A DNA stretch of 64,000 bases, taken from Eledone cirrhosa. Lineage: Eukaryota. This document shows positions 13,309 through 27,529 of the stretch, piece after piece; the stretch's first letter is position 1; the number at the start of each line of letters is the position of its first letter. Under the pieces are notes generated by a model. It was not told the DNA's origin, made no database searches, and worked only from the letters and a program-made list of their open reading frames with translations. The position numbers and the translations under genes were made by a program. The stretch lies in assembly GCA_964016885.1 (NCBI GenBank), contig OZ024743.1, positions 122,326,001 to 122,390,000 of the forward strand. The letters are read 5' to 3'.

Positions 13309-15060
13309 AATATAATAATGATAATAATAATGAAATTATTGTGTACAGTGCTCAGGTGCACTACAACTCATCAAAGGTGCATGTATAGTACATAGAATAA
13401 TTGTTTCTACTTGTAGGAGTCATGATATATACGTATGCGTGTGTATGGAGGGGGGGGGGGGGGGGTATCACGTGTAGTGTTGGCGAATTTGAGGAAGCAT
13501 GGAGGTTTTGGAAGATAAGACTACAGAAGATCTCAATAAAGTACGTCTTAAAAAATCTTAATCGAGTGTAACCACGAATGTCTTAACGAAAATTTACAAA
13601 GTATTATAATTATATATAATATCAGACTTGAATCTAAAAGCTGACACTCTCACATTCTGTTATTCTGTATCGAAGGTAGCAAATTTGATGCAGAAACAAA
13701 TTTGCCCACAGATATGGATTTACTGAATTAGATTTTATTAAAATACATTTCATTTTGATAAACATGACGCCTAACATACTAAAGATTGGAAGAAAATTAA
13801 ATATTTTCGGCATCCACACTCGATTTTCTCTCTTATAAAAAACACGAAATCTGATAACCATCCAGCAAAATCAAACAAAATACGGAAACAAAAACAAAAT
13901 CCCTATCATTTCTATTTCATTTAATTTCACTTTTAGATTTCAATTTCTGATTTTCTTCCTATTTTACGATGGTATTTTGAGTGTTCAAAAACCTTTTCAA
14001 TCTGAAATATGTTTTAACACACTATTTTAAAATATCTATTGCGATGTATATTTTTCATTTTTTTTTTAGATATTCCATCTTTATTTGAAAACTGTATTTC
14101 TTTGTTTTATAAACACATAGTTTGAGGTGTGAATACACCTGCGCGTACCAACTTTCCATTTTCCAATAATTGTTTATAAATATATAATTAACACAAACTG
14201 AAGAAAAAACGCTCAGGGAATAGTTATATTTGTTATAGTAAATATATATGTATATTATAAATATAAATTCTGTATTATGGATATCTTCGAAGATTATTTA
14301 AGGATGGAAAGAATATTATGCAAGTTATAATCACAGATAAGTATTTTAAATAAGGAATAGGCCACTTCCAACGAATCAATTTGTCTCTAATCCACTTGCC
14401 ATCCTTCCTTTGTTTCTCTATCGTTTGAATACAAATACTTTCTTCAAATACTTTTGACAATCCATCATACATAAAACGACAGGAAATCATTTTACGTCTC
14501 CATTTTTCTTATAGGCATTGTACTGCAATTCATGATAAGTACCAAACGATTCGACCCTCCCTCTTTCTCACACACACACGCATGCACACATATATACATA
14601 GACAGGCTAATAGAAAAAAACAAAACAAAACATTAAAGCACGTCTGCAGCTCCCTGGAATGACATCGCTCGAACAGAAACTGGCCTTCACACACAGGCTG
14701 TTCATGGAACAAACAGTACTTCTCCCAACAAGAGGCGAGAATTTATAGATTTCTGCTTTACAAATAACATAGTGCTCATCCACAATGTAAAGGTGACACC
14801 AGCGATTTTATCGAATCATAACTTAGTAGAACTAATGATATGTGGTCTGAAAGAGTCAGCAGAGATGTAACCATTAAGAAGATTGGGAATTTATCCAGCC
14901 TAAACTTTCACAAGGCTAACTAGAAAAAGATCGAGAAACATCACCGCACATTTTCAACATTTCATGACAACAATACAAACTATATGCCATGAGTTTGTCC
15001 CGGAGGAAAAGGTAAACGGGTACAAAAGTCTTATTCCCAGAGACAGGAAACCCCATAATA

Positions 15061-15612
15061 TCAAACTAAACACGGAGCTTGAGGCAATCTAACGAAGCTA
15101 CACCAAGGGGATTGCCACGAGGAAGGAGATGAGCTACTGGAAGAGGCTAAAAGAATTGAAACTCTACTCCTTGGAACGAAGACGGTAGAGATACGCAGTG
15201 ATATACATATGGAAAATCCTGGAGGGACTAGCACCAAACTTTGGCATTGAGAGCTGGACCAACCACCGAACAGGATGTCACTGTGTGGTGCCAAAGGTCC
15301 CATCTTTCACATCTAGAATAAGGAGTAGATATTGCAATAGGCTGGGGTTCAAAGGCCCTCAACTCTTCAACAAGCTGCCAAGAAATTTGAGAGATCTGTA
15401 TGGGGTGGACGTGGATATTTTCAAGAAACATCTTGACACTCTGCTATCCAGGATTCCGGATAAGCCGACAGCATGGTACGAAGGTAACTTAAGGGCAGCA
15501 GCAACGAACTCCCTCTTACACAATCAACACAGGCTGGAGATAGAACGTGTAGTAACAAGGGCAGTTCCCCAGCATAGCCTCAGCCGGATGGCTGGAACAG
15601 GTAAAAGAGTAA
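15061..15612 (+). mobile_element. CR1-like LINE 3' fragment
   Basis: MSYWKRL...LYSLERRR...IYIWKILEGLAPNFGI...GPQLFNKLP...FKKHLDTLL, then a GGTAAAAGAGTAAAA tail. Confidence 0.75.
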
Positions 15613-17228
15613 AGGAGATACATTTATTAAATATTGGAGAATTTGTTACATAGTTGGCCTATGAAATGTGTTAATATATAATTCAACGCATCACTTCAGA
15701 GGAAGTCTAAAGAAAAAATTATGTGAAGCGCACATAAAGCCCTGCATATATAGAGGTTCTTACACACATGCCCACATATATATACCCACCTACACACACG
15801 CATATAACCATAAATACACCCCCGTATGCATATGCATGCACATACACATACACACATGCACCCCCATACATATATATTTATAAATAAACAATTAATTTCG
15901 TGATATATAAAATGGAGTATAAATGTGAAACTAAAGTAACATCACCAATATACATGAATCAATGTCTCTAAACATGTTTAGCAGACCCAGAGGGAACTAC
16001 TATTTTAGGATGATTGTAAAGATGGTAAATAAATTACAGAATTCCAGTTAAGAATTTCAGACTGTTTGTCCAATGAATCGATATTACTCACGCTCTTGAG
16101 ATCAGCTCCATGTTTGATCCTTTTGAAGTATATTTAGATTTTCCAAACAATTTAAATGTAATGCCTACTTTTCTTATTATAACAACAAGCCCAATCTATT
16201 GTTTCGGCTGCCTGACTGACTCACTCATGTCTTTTCTACAAACATCCATTTAATTTTTCAGTCAAATAAAATTGCAGAGTTCTCTCCCTTACCTCTGTTG
16301 AAAGGAAATTCTACTGACAATTTGCATTTCTTTTCACAGTATGAGCATAATTTAAATTGATTAAACATTTTTATTGGCTCACTACTTCTATTCAGCAATT
16401 AACTAAATGGAAAAAATAGCATTTATTTTATGTAAATATAATATAGTTTTAGTTTTTTCAATATGGTTGTAATACAAGTAATTTTTCTCATAGCATTTTC
16501 AATAGTTTTTTTAGAGAAAAAAATTGTAAAAAAAATCTAGAACACTCCTAATATATTTCTAAACTTCTATGGTGAAAATAGAATAGAGAACCAATATGAA
16601 CGAAGACTGCAATGATATTTAATTATGCATGCTTGTTTTACAAAATACTAATTGAATTTTTCCGTGTACTGTCTGTGCCCACTCCAGAATATCTTAAAAT
16701 TTGTTCTAGAAATTAAGATTTGCGTTTGTCAAGAAATAAATAATGATAAGATTTGCGTTTGTCAAGAATAAAATAATTTAGAATGATCGGAAACAAAATG
16801 TACAAGCTATGGACATTTGAATAATATAACATTCTGTATCATAATCCAAATGTAGATTATGTAATAGCTGTTTCAAGTATTTTAGAGAGGAATTATTTTT
16901 GAAGATTTGTATTTCAAAATACTATACTCCTTGTAAAGATGAGCATTCTTGATAACCTTTAGAAAGCATTACCCATAGCTATTATGAACATTCCAGCAAC
17001 TAATTAAATCTTGTCTTAGAGTAGTTTATGGAGTTTTGAATCTATAAAAAGGCCGAAGGCAGTAGAAATTCGAACTGCGGAAAATTTCCATTGAAACAAA
17101 CTATTTTTGTAATTTTTTTTTATTATTTGAGATAATTGGAAAAATGAACATAAGATTCTCACAGGTTATAAGCACACACACGCATGCTGAACACTCTCAC
17201 CCTCTCTTTCTCTCTCTCTCGCTCTCCA

Positions 17229-17260
<32 letters not shown>

Positions 17261-19053
17261 CTCCTCTCTCTCACACACACATACTCACACAGAGGGAGAG
17301 AGAAAAAATTATGACATTACTGTTATTATAGTGATGAATTTTTGTAAATTTCATTATCATTTCAATTCTATTTCTAATATTCGGTAAGATGCAAGAAGCA
17401 GAGAGACGATTGAATATATTATTTCACTTATGTTAGAATCTCATGCATAGATATTCCAATGTTGTTGAATTTAATCCAGTGTCTCTTAGGGGAGTAAACT
17501 GATTTAAAGAAGCGTTATTTTTATCTTGGACATCGCATTATCTAACGCTCCTTTGGAAATAGAGTGAAGTGATTTGAAGAAACGTTATTGCAACACAGAA
17601 CGTATTGTTATCCAGGATTTAAAGAAATATCTCAAAACAGGCGTGTTGGGGTCTTAAAGTGAATACTTTGATGTCTAGCAACAATATCTTTAGAGACTGA
17701 TGGATATACTGGCTCTCATTTGACTCACTTCTAGCTCCGAGACATTTTCTGCCTCATCTCGGTAACTGCTTTTGCTGGCGGGCTATAAACTTAGTGAGAA
17801 ACTCGACGCTTGGAAAAGAGATGGGCAAGCATTTCTAAGGCCCACTGAAATGCCATGATCGACGCACACTCAAACGTCTAGAGTGGCACCCCCAACAACT
17901 GGCTACACTTGTTGCGGATCGTGATCATAAATGTTTTCATTGTACACAGACTAAGAAGCAATAATGTATTCGATTAAAAACGGATTGTCTATTCTACTTA
18001 AAACCAAAGCTATGAATAGTGGTTGTAGACATAACTAGTTAGTTTTACTCTTTTTGTTTAATCCCAAGTTTACTCTGACAGAGCAGATCTATTATTAAAG
18101 ATATTGCAGCCCTGGCCATTCCGTCTTTTTAAGGCAAAGTATATTAAAAAATAAAATATCCATTGTCACAGAAGACAGTAGGAAATGATTTGGTTGCTGT
18201 TTCTAGCAAGTAGCGCGACCATGTAGAGGTTTTCTGTTAACACTAGTTGCCTAAAAAAATGTGGTTTAAGTTGTTCTATATTTAAACAGGTGTCAAAGCG
18301 GGCAACTATCTACAATATTAATTATTGCAAAAACGAAGATCAATATGTACCCAATAATGTGATGTCGATATCAAAAAGGGAAAAATACATGCAAATTAGT
18401 AATAACTACAAAGAATGGGAAGCCCCAGAAGAATAAAGAGTTTGAATCAGCATTATCGATTAAATCTATTTTACTGATTCAATTATAGTAAATAAAAGAG
18501 TAAACGAATAATAACACAATTTTCTGAGAAAATAACAATAGAAACAAAGAAAATATCGATAAATCAGTGCGATATTTTCAGTGAAAGATGTTTGGCTTTA
18601 AGTTAATTATCAATTAACACAAACACCAAATACATAAGCTCGTACTCGTACTCACAAACACAACACTAATAAAGAGGAATGAATAAAATCACCACTATAC
18701 ACATGTTAGCAAAGGTTTGATAAGATCGGTTAAAGGTATTAAAAAATAGACTCAATAGAAATGTTAAACTGATTAATTAATTAGTGTTTTTACCTTTATT
18801 TCGTAAATTCCCACCTTAATGACGAGAGCTATAAGCTATGTTAAGGTTAAAATATGTTAAGGTTATACATAAAATGTATGGAGAGAAGACATGTCCTCAA
18901 AGTGCAAACATATGTATATTTAAAAAAATATGCGTAAAAATGCGAAATATTTTTAACATAGAGAATTTAAAGTTTAAATTTTGTTATATAAATTTATATA
19001 AAGTTTATCCCCAAAATAAAAGTACTGATATTTTATTTATTATTATTATTATT

Positions 19054-19410
19054 GTTCAAATCCTGCCTTACGGAGTCGATAAAATAAAGTACCAGTAATA
19101 CACTGTATAATTGCTGGCCTTGTGCCAAAAGTAGAAACAATTATTATTATTGTTTATATTTTCTTTCATTATTGTTTCTGAGATATATGCCGAGTGTCTT
19201 CCCGACACCTAGGGCAAATAAATTCACAGTGTGCATTGGTAAGCCAGTTAATACAGCACATTGATTATAAAAAAAAAAAAAAAAAATTATTATTATTATC
19301 AATAACTGTTTCTACTTTAGGCACAAGGCCAGCAATTACCCAGTGCATTACTGGTACTTTATTTTATCGACCCCGTAAGGATGAAAGGCAAAGTCAACCT
19401 CGGCGGGATT
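19054..19410. mobile_element. Two SINE family A fragments (19054-19149 plus strand; 19300-19410 minus strand)
   Basis: Central domain and 3' end matches. Confidence 0.8.
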
Positions 19411-19419
19411 ATTATCAAT

Positions 19420-22400
19420 AACAATGACAATAACAACAGGCACAACAACAATAATAGTAGGAACAGTATCAACAAAAACAACAATAATAACAACAGCCAC
19501 AATAGCAGTAACAACAGCAACAGTATCAACGAAAACAACAACAACAACAGCAACAACAGCACCAACGAAAACAACAATGACATCGATACCTGTAACAGCG
19601 ATCTCAACACCACCAGCAGGACCAGTAGCGGCAGCAATAGTGGTGCTGCTGAAAAAGGGACCACTTCTTTTGCAGGTGTCGCCCGAAATATCGAGACAGT
19701 GTTAGTCAGAGGGTCGGTTACCAAGAGGATATACACTGACATCCTCTTGGAAACACCCATGACCAGCCAAAGGGACGGTTCTACTGTCCCTTCACCACAC
19801 GATCAAGGTAAGTGACCCTTTCTCACTTGCCCCGTTTCTCATCCAACATGGCCGTACTCAGAATAGGCAGTATAAATGCCCGTGGCCTGGGGTCATCTTG
19901 GAAGCAGGGTCACCTGCTCAACGACCTCAGGTCACTAAACATAGATGTGTTGGCCATCAGTGAGACCAGAATCTCCGAAGCACAAGCCTTCGCACCGATC
20001 TTCGGCGGCTACGATGTATACGCATCTCCCAGCTGTCCAGGATCGGGGGGAGGGGTTGCCGTCCTTTTTCGGAGAGGCTTGGATCTCGCCATACGGGCCA
20101 TCTTCCTAGACCCAGAAGGTAAGTCGGTGGTGCTGGACGTGACCGGCAGCGAAGGCAATGCTTTCAGCCAGTAGCCGTCTACGCCCCAACAGGGGCAGCA
20201 CGGCCAGATTTCTTCAGACGTCTAGAGACCTTTCTTGGAACGTTCCGCTCTTTAGTGTTAGTGGGCGACTGGAACGGTATCTTGGATGCACGCTGGGATT
20301 TTGTGGGGCTAGTGGATAGGGGAGGAGGGTGCAAAAGCCTCACCAACTTGCTCAGACGTTTTGAACTGTCTGACAGGTATCGACTGGATCACTCGAATGT
20401 GCCAATGTGGACATGGACAAACCGCATCGGGTCATCCAGATCGTATCTCGATAGGGTATTCTGCAGAGAACTAGATAAGACTAGTATAAGTTGTCCACAA
20501 TTTAAAATAGTCGACTACACAGACCACAAATTTGTGATCTGTGAGATCGACATAGACAGACTTCATAGACAAGGGCCCGGTTACTGGAAGCTGAACGCGT
20601 CTTTCCCGGCGCGCAAAGCCTACAGAGACCGGATTAGCGTATTAGTTAAGCGGGCGTTGACGAGAGCGGTTGTCAACAACAGGTGGTGGTTCGCCCTGAA
20701 AAGGGCAATTAAAGTAGAGTCGATTAGGTTTAGCAAAGGACTAGTGATAGAGGAAAATAGAGTAGAGGGAGAGCTAGTCAGAAAGCTAGAAGAGGCGTTT
20801 AGGACAGGCATCGCAACCGACGTGCTTGCGGCGAGATTGGCACTCGACCAATTCTTCAACGCAAAACACAAAGGCTGCGTTGTCAGAGCTAGAGCGTGTG
20901 CTCTGAAACAGAAGGGGACAAAAGCTGTCCAATGGGCCCGGGTGGCAGAGGCGCGACGTGGCAACAAAGCCACAATTTGGTTCTTTGTCTGACCAAAACA
21001 GGTGCGTGTTGCTCGAACCCGAGCAGATGTGTGAAGCTTTTCAGCAGCACTTTGCTGAACTGTTCAGGAGCAGCGGCGGGCCGGATCGGGGCATGGAGTT
21101 CAGTGCATACTTCGACGGACTGCCTTGGCTCTCGACGACCGCATCACAGTGTTGCGAAAAGCCAATAACAGCGGGTGAAATACGGGAAGCGATGGCTAAC
21201 TGCACGAGGGGTTTGCCAGGTTTGGATGGTCTGCCCTACGAGCTTTATGCATTTATGCCAGACTTGTTCGGTGACTTCTTGGCAGACGTCTACTGCAACT
21301 GGCAGCAGAACGGGAGCATTCCCAGTTTTGTGAGCCGGGGAGCAGTGGCGCTGCTGAGAAAAGACCCGAACAAGGAGGATGTTATCGATAATTTCAGGCC
21401 CACAACCTTGCTAAACGCAGAGTTCAAGATTTTGGTCAAGGTGTCAGCAACGTGGTTGGCGCTTGTCGTCAAGGGTCTGGTGGGAGAGGCGCAGACATGC
21501 GCCATTGCGGACAGATCCATACACGACAACCTCCACCTCATGCGATACATCATAGAGAGGATGGTTCAGGAACCTGGCACGGGTGGGGCCCTGATCAACT
21601 TGGATCAATCCAAAGAATTCGATAGGGTCGACCATCGGTACCTGGCGGTGGTCCTCGAGGCAGCCGGTTTCGGGCCCGTTTTCAGGGGTTGGATCGCAGA
21701 TGTTCAGCGACATCTGCTCAGTTGTGAGGGTGAACGGTCACCTGTCGCAGCCGTTCAGCATCATGCGCTCAGTCCGCCAGGGTTGTCCCCTCTCGTCCCT
21801 CTTGTACGTATTGGCTCTCGAACCGTTACTGCACAAACTGGGGGAGATGAGGGACGTCCCACGCGAACTAGGATGCGGGAAATCCGAGTCGGCTTACGCC
21901 GACGACATCACCGTTGTGGTGTCGAGCACCAGACACGTCCAGATGTTCGGCACCGCTCTCAAGGAATACGAAGCGGTGACAGGAGCAAAGATAAACCAGG
22001 AAAAGTCGGTGGGCTTGCAGCTCGGCACCTGGAGAAGCAAATCCATGCCGTCCGACAGCGTCGTGGGGCGTTGGACGGACGGACCGGTTAAATTGCTCGG
22101 GGTCTGGTTCGAACCGGACCTCCAGATGGAGAAAAACTGGAACGAGGTGACAAGCAAGGTAGCCTCCCTCACCCAGAAATGGGCCGAGAAGAAGCTGTCC
22201 CTGAAAGGCCGGGCGGAGGTGGCGAATGCGTACATAGCATCCGTCATCTGTTACCGCCTCACTGTCGTCCCTTGCCCCGGCCTAACTCTCACCAAAATGG
22301 AGCGCCTCCTCTTCCGCTTTTTGTGGAATGGACGCGCTCCCATGGTCAGACTATCCATCTGCTGTCAACACCCGTTGCGTGGAGGACTGGGCATGCCATG

Positions 22401-23571
22401 GCTGATGATGCACAAACATGCGCTGAGGCTGCGACATCTCTGGTGCTTCCTTGACGGTGAACCGGTGTGGTCGCCGTTCGCCAGGCACGTTTTCCCACAG
22501 CTCGTCTCCTTGACTAAGCTGCAGTCCTGGGTCAGAAAAAAACCGAGTGATAGCGCTTGGAAACTTGAATGTCTCCAGGCGCTCACTGCCCTCTGCCAGC
22601 TGGGCACCAGTATCGGTGGAACATCCACCTCGGAGTTCTATAGAGGACTAGTGGAGGGGAAGAGCGAAGACGTTCTCGGAGAGATCCTGGGCGTTGAAGA
22701 AGATCAGCTGTTTGCTCTCTTCCGGAGAACTTTCAGCCCAGGGCCTATAGATAACTTCCAAAAATCCCTGGCCTGGCAGTGCTACCAGGGAGCGCTGCCG
22801 GTTCGAGATAAGCTGTACAGGCACGGAAGTGCCGTCAGCCGAGCCTGTCCGAGATGCGCGTAGGGCGACGAAACCGTCGTGCACGCACTCGTTCAGTGTC
22901 CGAGCATTGCTGATTTGTGGAGCTATGTCGAACAGTTGCTGTCGCGTGTAGGACTGATCCGGTTGTCGACTGAGTCCATTGTGCAAATGGTCTCGCCGTC
23001 TTCCTTCGAGGAGGAAGGGCAGGCGGTTTTCATCTGCCTGGTGGCCATGGCGCAAGAGATTGTGTGGTGGACAAGGTTAAAAGGGTTAAAGACAGACACT
23101 TTCCTCTTCGGCGAATCCCTAATTACCTTTTTCAAGTTTCACTTGAAGAGAAAAATTAGGGTGGGGAGGCAAATGCTGCTTTCTAGCAAGTTTGTTGAAA
23201 GGTGGGTGAATGTAGCGAGAATGGTCCGAGTAAACGGGACCACTCTGAATATACGTCTGTAGTTTGAGAGATGGAAAAATTTAGAGAGGGCGCTTGCCCT
23301 GGTAGTCAGGGTGGCCGTGGTCTTTTGTGTGGTTTTCGCCACGAGTAACCCTCGGAGGTTTCCCCCCTATTGCGGAATTTTTCATTGTTTCAATTTTCAT
23401 TTTTATTGTTTATATATATATATATATGTTTCTATGTACTTTTTTTTTCTTTTCTTATATATATAATAAAAATATTTACACGCACAAAACCCACATCGTA
23501 CCTTCCTGTACCGTCCTGTGCCGTCTGTAATGTTTTTCTTCATGTCAGCCCTTGTGGCCAATAAAGAAATC
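19420..23571 (+). mobile_element. Tx1/L1-clade LINE copy 1 (ORF1 tail plus disrupted ORF2), followed by (ATT)5
   Basis: Low-complexity ORF1 end; APE-RT ORF2; 3' end AATAAAGAAATC then ATTATTATT. Confidence 0.92.
19848..23262 (+). pseudogene. Tx1 ORF2: APE endonuclease, reverse transcriptase, C-terminal CCHC
   Basis: SINARGL, ISETR, GDWN, SYLDRVF, YTDHK (APE); PGLDGLPYE, RQGCPLS, YADD (RT); CPRC...H...C; several frameshifts and stops. Confidence 0.92.
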
Positions 23572-23586
23572 ATTATTATTATTATT

Positions 23587-25623
23587 GTTCTTTGAGTCTC
23601 AGTCATTGATGTTAGTTAACTGGAAAGTTTGTTGAAATGAATATCAAGCCACTACCTGCAGCCTCAGATATTCAGGACGTATCGGAGGGTTCTTGCTGTT
23701 CCCAGCAAGCATGCCTTTTGAAGCGTTCCAAAAAGCGTGGCGGGGCCAATTTTCTTTAACCATCCCTGGAAACTTTTTGAGATAGTACCTAGTGCGCCTA
23801 TGACAATCGGGACCACTTTGACTTCATGGCAGTTCCAAATCCTTTTTACCTCCCACTTTAAGTCCTGGTATCGGTTAATTTTCTCCCTCTCCTTCTCTTG
23901 CACTCTCGTGTCGAATGGGCAGGCCACATCCACAATCAGGCACGATCTTTTTTCCTTGTCCAAAACCACCAGGTCAGGTCTATTGTGTTCCAGTTTCTTG
24001 TCCGTCTGTATCCTAAAATACCACAGCACCTTCACCTGATTGTTTTCTATCACCGACTCTGGCTTATGCTCATACCACTTCTCAGAATGTAGTAAATTGT
24101 TTACTTTTCATAGGTGCCAGTGGATCACACTGCCCATCACATCATGTCTCCAGCCCTTATAGTGAGTCTGGGCTAGGTGTTTACACTCGGATACAATGTG
24201 AGCCACAAATCTTCTCTCTCTCCACAGATCCTGCACAGTGGGCTAGCCTCCTCCTTGTAAATATGGTGTTTCAACCACTTCGTTTTGAGGACCTGCTCTT
24301 GCGCAGCCATTAGCATTCCTTCTGTTACCTTTTTAAGGTCTCCTCTTTTCAACCAGTTCCATGTCTGTGGATCTCTGAATTCAGTTTTCTCAAAGAAGGT
24401 ACTGTGAAGGGATTTTTCATGAAGGCTGCTCTTTCTCCTTGTTATTTCCTCCTTGGACATCCTCTGGTCTATTGTTCTCCCCTTCAGTACAATTCTGAGC
24501 ATTGGCTCCTTACTATCAGTCACGTATTTGTGTAGGTTGTTTTTCTCCATCTGAACACAGTCCTCTATGCTAAGACCTCTTCCACGTTCAGATCTCCTTA
24601 AGTAGAGTCTATCGACATCACTCCTCTTGTGGAACATGTTGTAGATAGTCAATAGCTTCCTAGTCTTCCTATCAATTTCTTTTTGTTCAGCAACATTCCA
24701 TTTCAGAATTCCCGCACTGTACCTAATAATAGACACAGCTCAGGAATTTACTGCACTTATGGCATTCCTACTGTTCAGGTGTGACTTTAATACGCTCCTT
24801 ACTCTCCGAATGTATTCATATCTTATCAATTCCTTCATTTTTTTTTTGTTCTTGATGTCATCAGCCTCCAGAACACCCAAATACTTGTATCCTTCTTCAG
24901 TATCAATTTCCTTTATCATCTCACCTGTTGGTACCTGGATTCCGTTGCTTCTGCTCAATTTACCCATCTTCATCACAAGGACTCCACACGTACTAATACC
25001 AAATTGCATACATATATCATTGCTGAAAATAATGTCAACAAGCACATCCAACTCCTTCTCACTCTTCCCGAAGAGCTTAAGATCGTCCATGAAGAGGAGG
25101 TGATTGTTGGTAAGCTCTCCCTTTCCCAACTTGTATCCTGCTCTCATTTTTCGCAGTATAATGGTCAGGGGCATCAGGGTAAGGACAAACAACAGAGGGG
25201 ACAGACTATCTCCCTGGAAGATACCTCTCTTGATCTTCACGCCTCCCAAGGATTCTCCAGCTGATGTTAACTCTGTTTTCCAGGACTTCATACTTTTGCC
25301 CAACAACTGTCTGATGTTATCTGCCACTTTGAAGATCTCTAGGCTTTTGGTGATCCAAGAATGAGGCACCATATCAAATGCCTTTTTGTAGTCTATCCAT
25401 CCCATGGCAAGACCAGTGTGTCTCCTCTTGCAAATTCCTCATTACCATCTTATCAATAAGTAACTGGTCCTTTGTACCACGGGACTTCTTTCGGCATCCT
25501 TTCTGTTCGTCCTGTAATAAGTTGTTTGTGTGGAGGTGATGGTAGATTTCCTCAGACATAATGCTTGTCAACAGTTTCCACATTACGGACAGACATGTGA
25601 TAGGTCTATAGGTCTATAGGTCT
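23587..25623 (-). mobile_element. R4/Dong-clade LINE (RT, CCHC, restriction-like endonuclease), 5'-truncated, flanked by (AAT)n
   Basis: YRPITCL, WIDYKKAFD, GIFQGDSLSPLLF, FMDDLKL, CRICG, HNRPDLVVLDK...VDVACPFD...EK..RYQDL; (ATT)n at 23572-23586 and 25628-25654. Confidence 0.9.
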
Positions 25624-25661
25624 ATATATTATTATTATTATTATTATTATTATTAGATGTA

Positions 25662-25952
25662 GGGCAGTGGATTGGCAGTATCGGTAGAGCACCATGCTTT
25701 GCACAAAAACTCTTTGTGACGGCTGTCGAAAAAAAAAAATGATAATCATCGTTTTCACCCTGGATCTGCTCATACGTACTTTTTTCAGACAAGGACAATT
25801 TACGTTCTGAGTTCAAATCCTGCCGAGGTTAGCTTTGCTTTTCATCCTTACGGAGTCAATAAAATATAGCACCAGTAATGCACTGGGTCGATTTAATCGA
25901 CTTTCTCCTCTCCCCAAATTGTTGGCCTTGTGCCTATAGTAGAAATCATTAC
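25662..25952 (+). mobile_element. SINE family A long variant with 9-bp TSD and an internal mariner-derived insert
   Basis: TAGATGTAG at 25654-25662 and 25953-25961; insert at about 25713-25798. Confidence 0.8.
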
Positions 25953-26689
25953 TAGATGTAGATGAAATTACAAGTTATTTCCTTCAAAGTACTACCCTTG
26001 GGAAGTCACACAGTGGCTCTAACATGTTTTCCATTGATCGTAGCAGTATCGGAAGTAATTTTCTGTAAGTGTCCTTAGCTGGACGGTTACAATTTTTTGT
26101 ATGGTTGGTGTAAACAAATGAAACAACAACAACAACAACAACACACAGTAGCAATCGAGCGAATGTTATTGTGTATATATCGTGTCCACATCCACCGACC
26201 GACAATCAACAAGTAGGCAGACTACCAATACCAACACCACACCTGCCAGTATCAAAGACTGAATATAAGAAACTGACAGCGAAGATGCGTACGCATTGAC
26301 ACATCACCACCCCACTACTTTAATATAGAAGAACTGCCTCGACCTTTGTCTGACCGCAGATATTCCGCGCGCACGCGCGTCCTACAGAGTAGTTCAATTG
26401 TACGCACACGATAGATAACAGAGGCCACGTGTTGTCCCTCTCCGACTAAAATCTTTTCCACTCGGAAAACCCCCAGTTGATGGATGCGAAATCAGAAATA
26501 TAGGGACAATAAAATCACTTCCAAGGTAACTCTATCTCGTGTTATTTTTACACTATTTCCTACGTTCCTCTACACGCTATACGTCTCATTCTACATTTCC
26601 TCTTACATCTCTCTCATTACCACCTGATTCTGTTATCCGGAGATTTCCCCATCTGCATTGTTGAGGCTTCCAAAACGACCAATTTTAAT

Positions 26690-27345
26690 TTTTTGTATGT
26701 TTTCCAGTCCCAAAATGATGATGCTTCAACTTTGATGTCAACTTAGAGAAGAGGTAGAAATAACACAGAGCTAGATATGGGCTGTAGGGAGGATGTGGAA
26801 GTGTGGGAATGTTTTTCTTCGCCAGAAATTCTCTAATTGAAAGTGCTGTGTGAACAGGTGCATTTTCCTGCTGCAGTACTCAATCTTTTGCAATGTCCTT
26901 TCAAACTCACTGCACCCATTTTCGAAGTCATTCGAAGACATCTTTGTAGAAGATGTGATTAACTGTCTGCCCTGCAGATAAACATTTTTTGTGACGGCTG
27001 TCGAAAAAAAAAGGGATTATCATCGTTTTCATCCTGGAACTGCTCATACAGGCTTTCTTCGGACGAGGAGAATTTTTTGTGTGTCACTCCTTACCTTGCC
27101 GTCTCTGGATCATACTCAAACACCCATGATTCATCTGTTATTACTTTATCCAAGAAGTTTGGCTCAATTTCGAATCTTTCTTGCAAATTCTGACAAATTT
27201 CCAGCCAGTTCGCTTTTTGTTCCACAGACAAGTGTTTGGGCATTAATTTTACATAACTTTTTTCCATGTGCAAATGATCTGTTAAAATACTGTGAACTGC
27301 ATTTTTATCCTTGCCCATTTCTTCTGCAATCATTCTAACACTTTT
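26690..27345 (-). pseudogene. mariner (DD34D-type) transposase fragment
   Basis: IAEEMGKDKNAVHSILTDHL...MPKHLS...FLDKVITDESWVFEYDPET. Confidence 0.8.
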
Positions 27346-27455
27346 GCATTGCCAATAAATTTTAAGTAAAAGGGGTTAATGTTTTCCTTGAACCAGTTAT
27401 CTGAAAACGTATATGTTTACCACGTAAACTACGATAAAAATAAAAACGAGATATT

Positions 27456-27529
27456 AATAATTGTTTCTACTTTAGGCCAGCAATTACCCAGTGCATTACT
27501 GGTATTTTATTTTATCGACCCCGTAAAGC
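27456..27529 (-). mobile_element. SINE family A 3' fragment with about 14-bp TSD
   Basis: AAACGAGATATTAA on both sides. Confidence 0.75.

Noticed and set aside
19359-19815. Asn-, Thr- or Leu-rich ORFs as a host membrane or prion-like protein
   Set aside because: This is (AAC)-rich sequence contiguous with Tx1 ORF2, best explained as the ORF1 tail.
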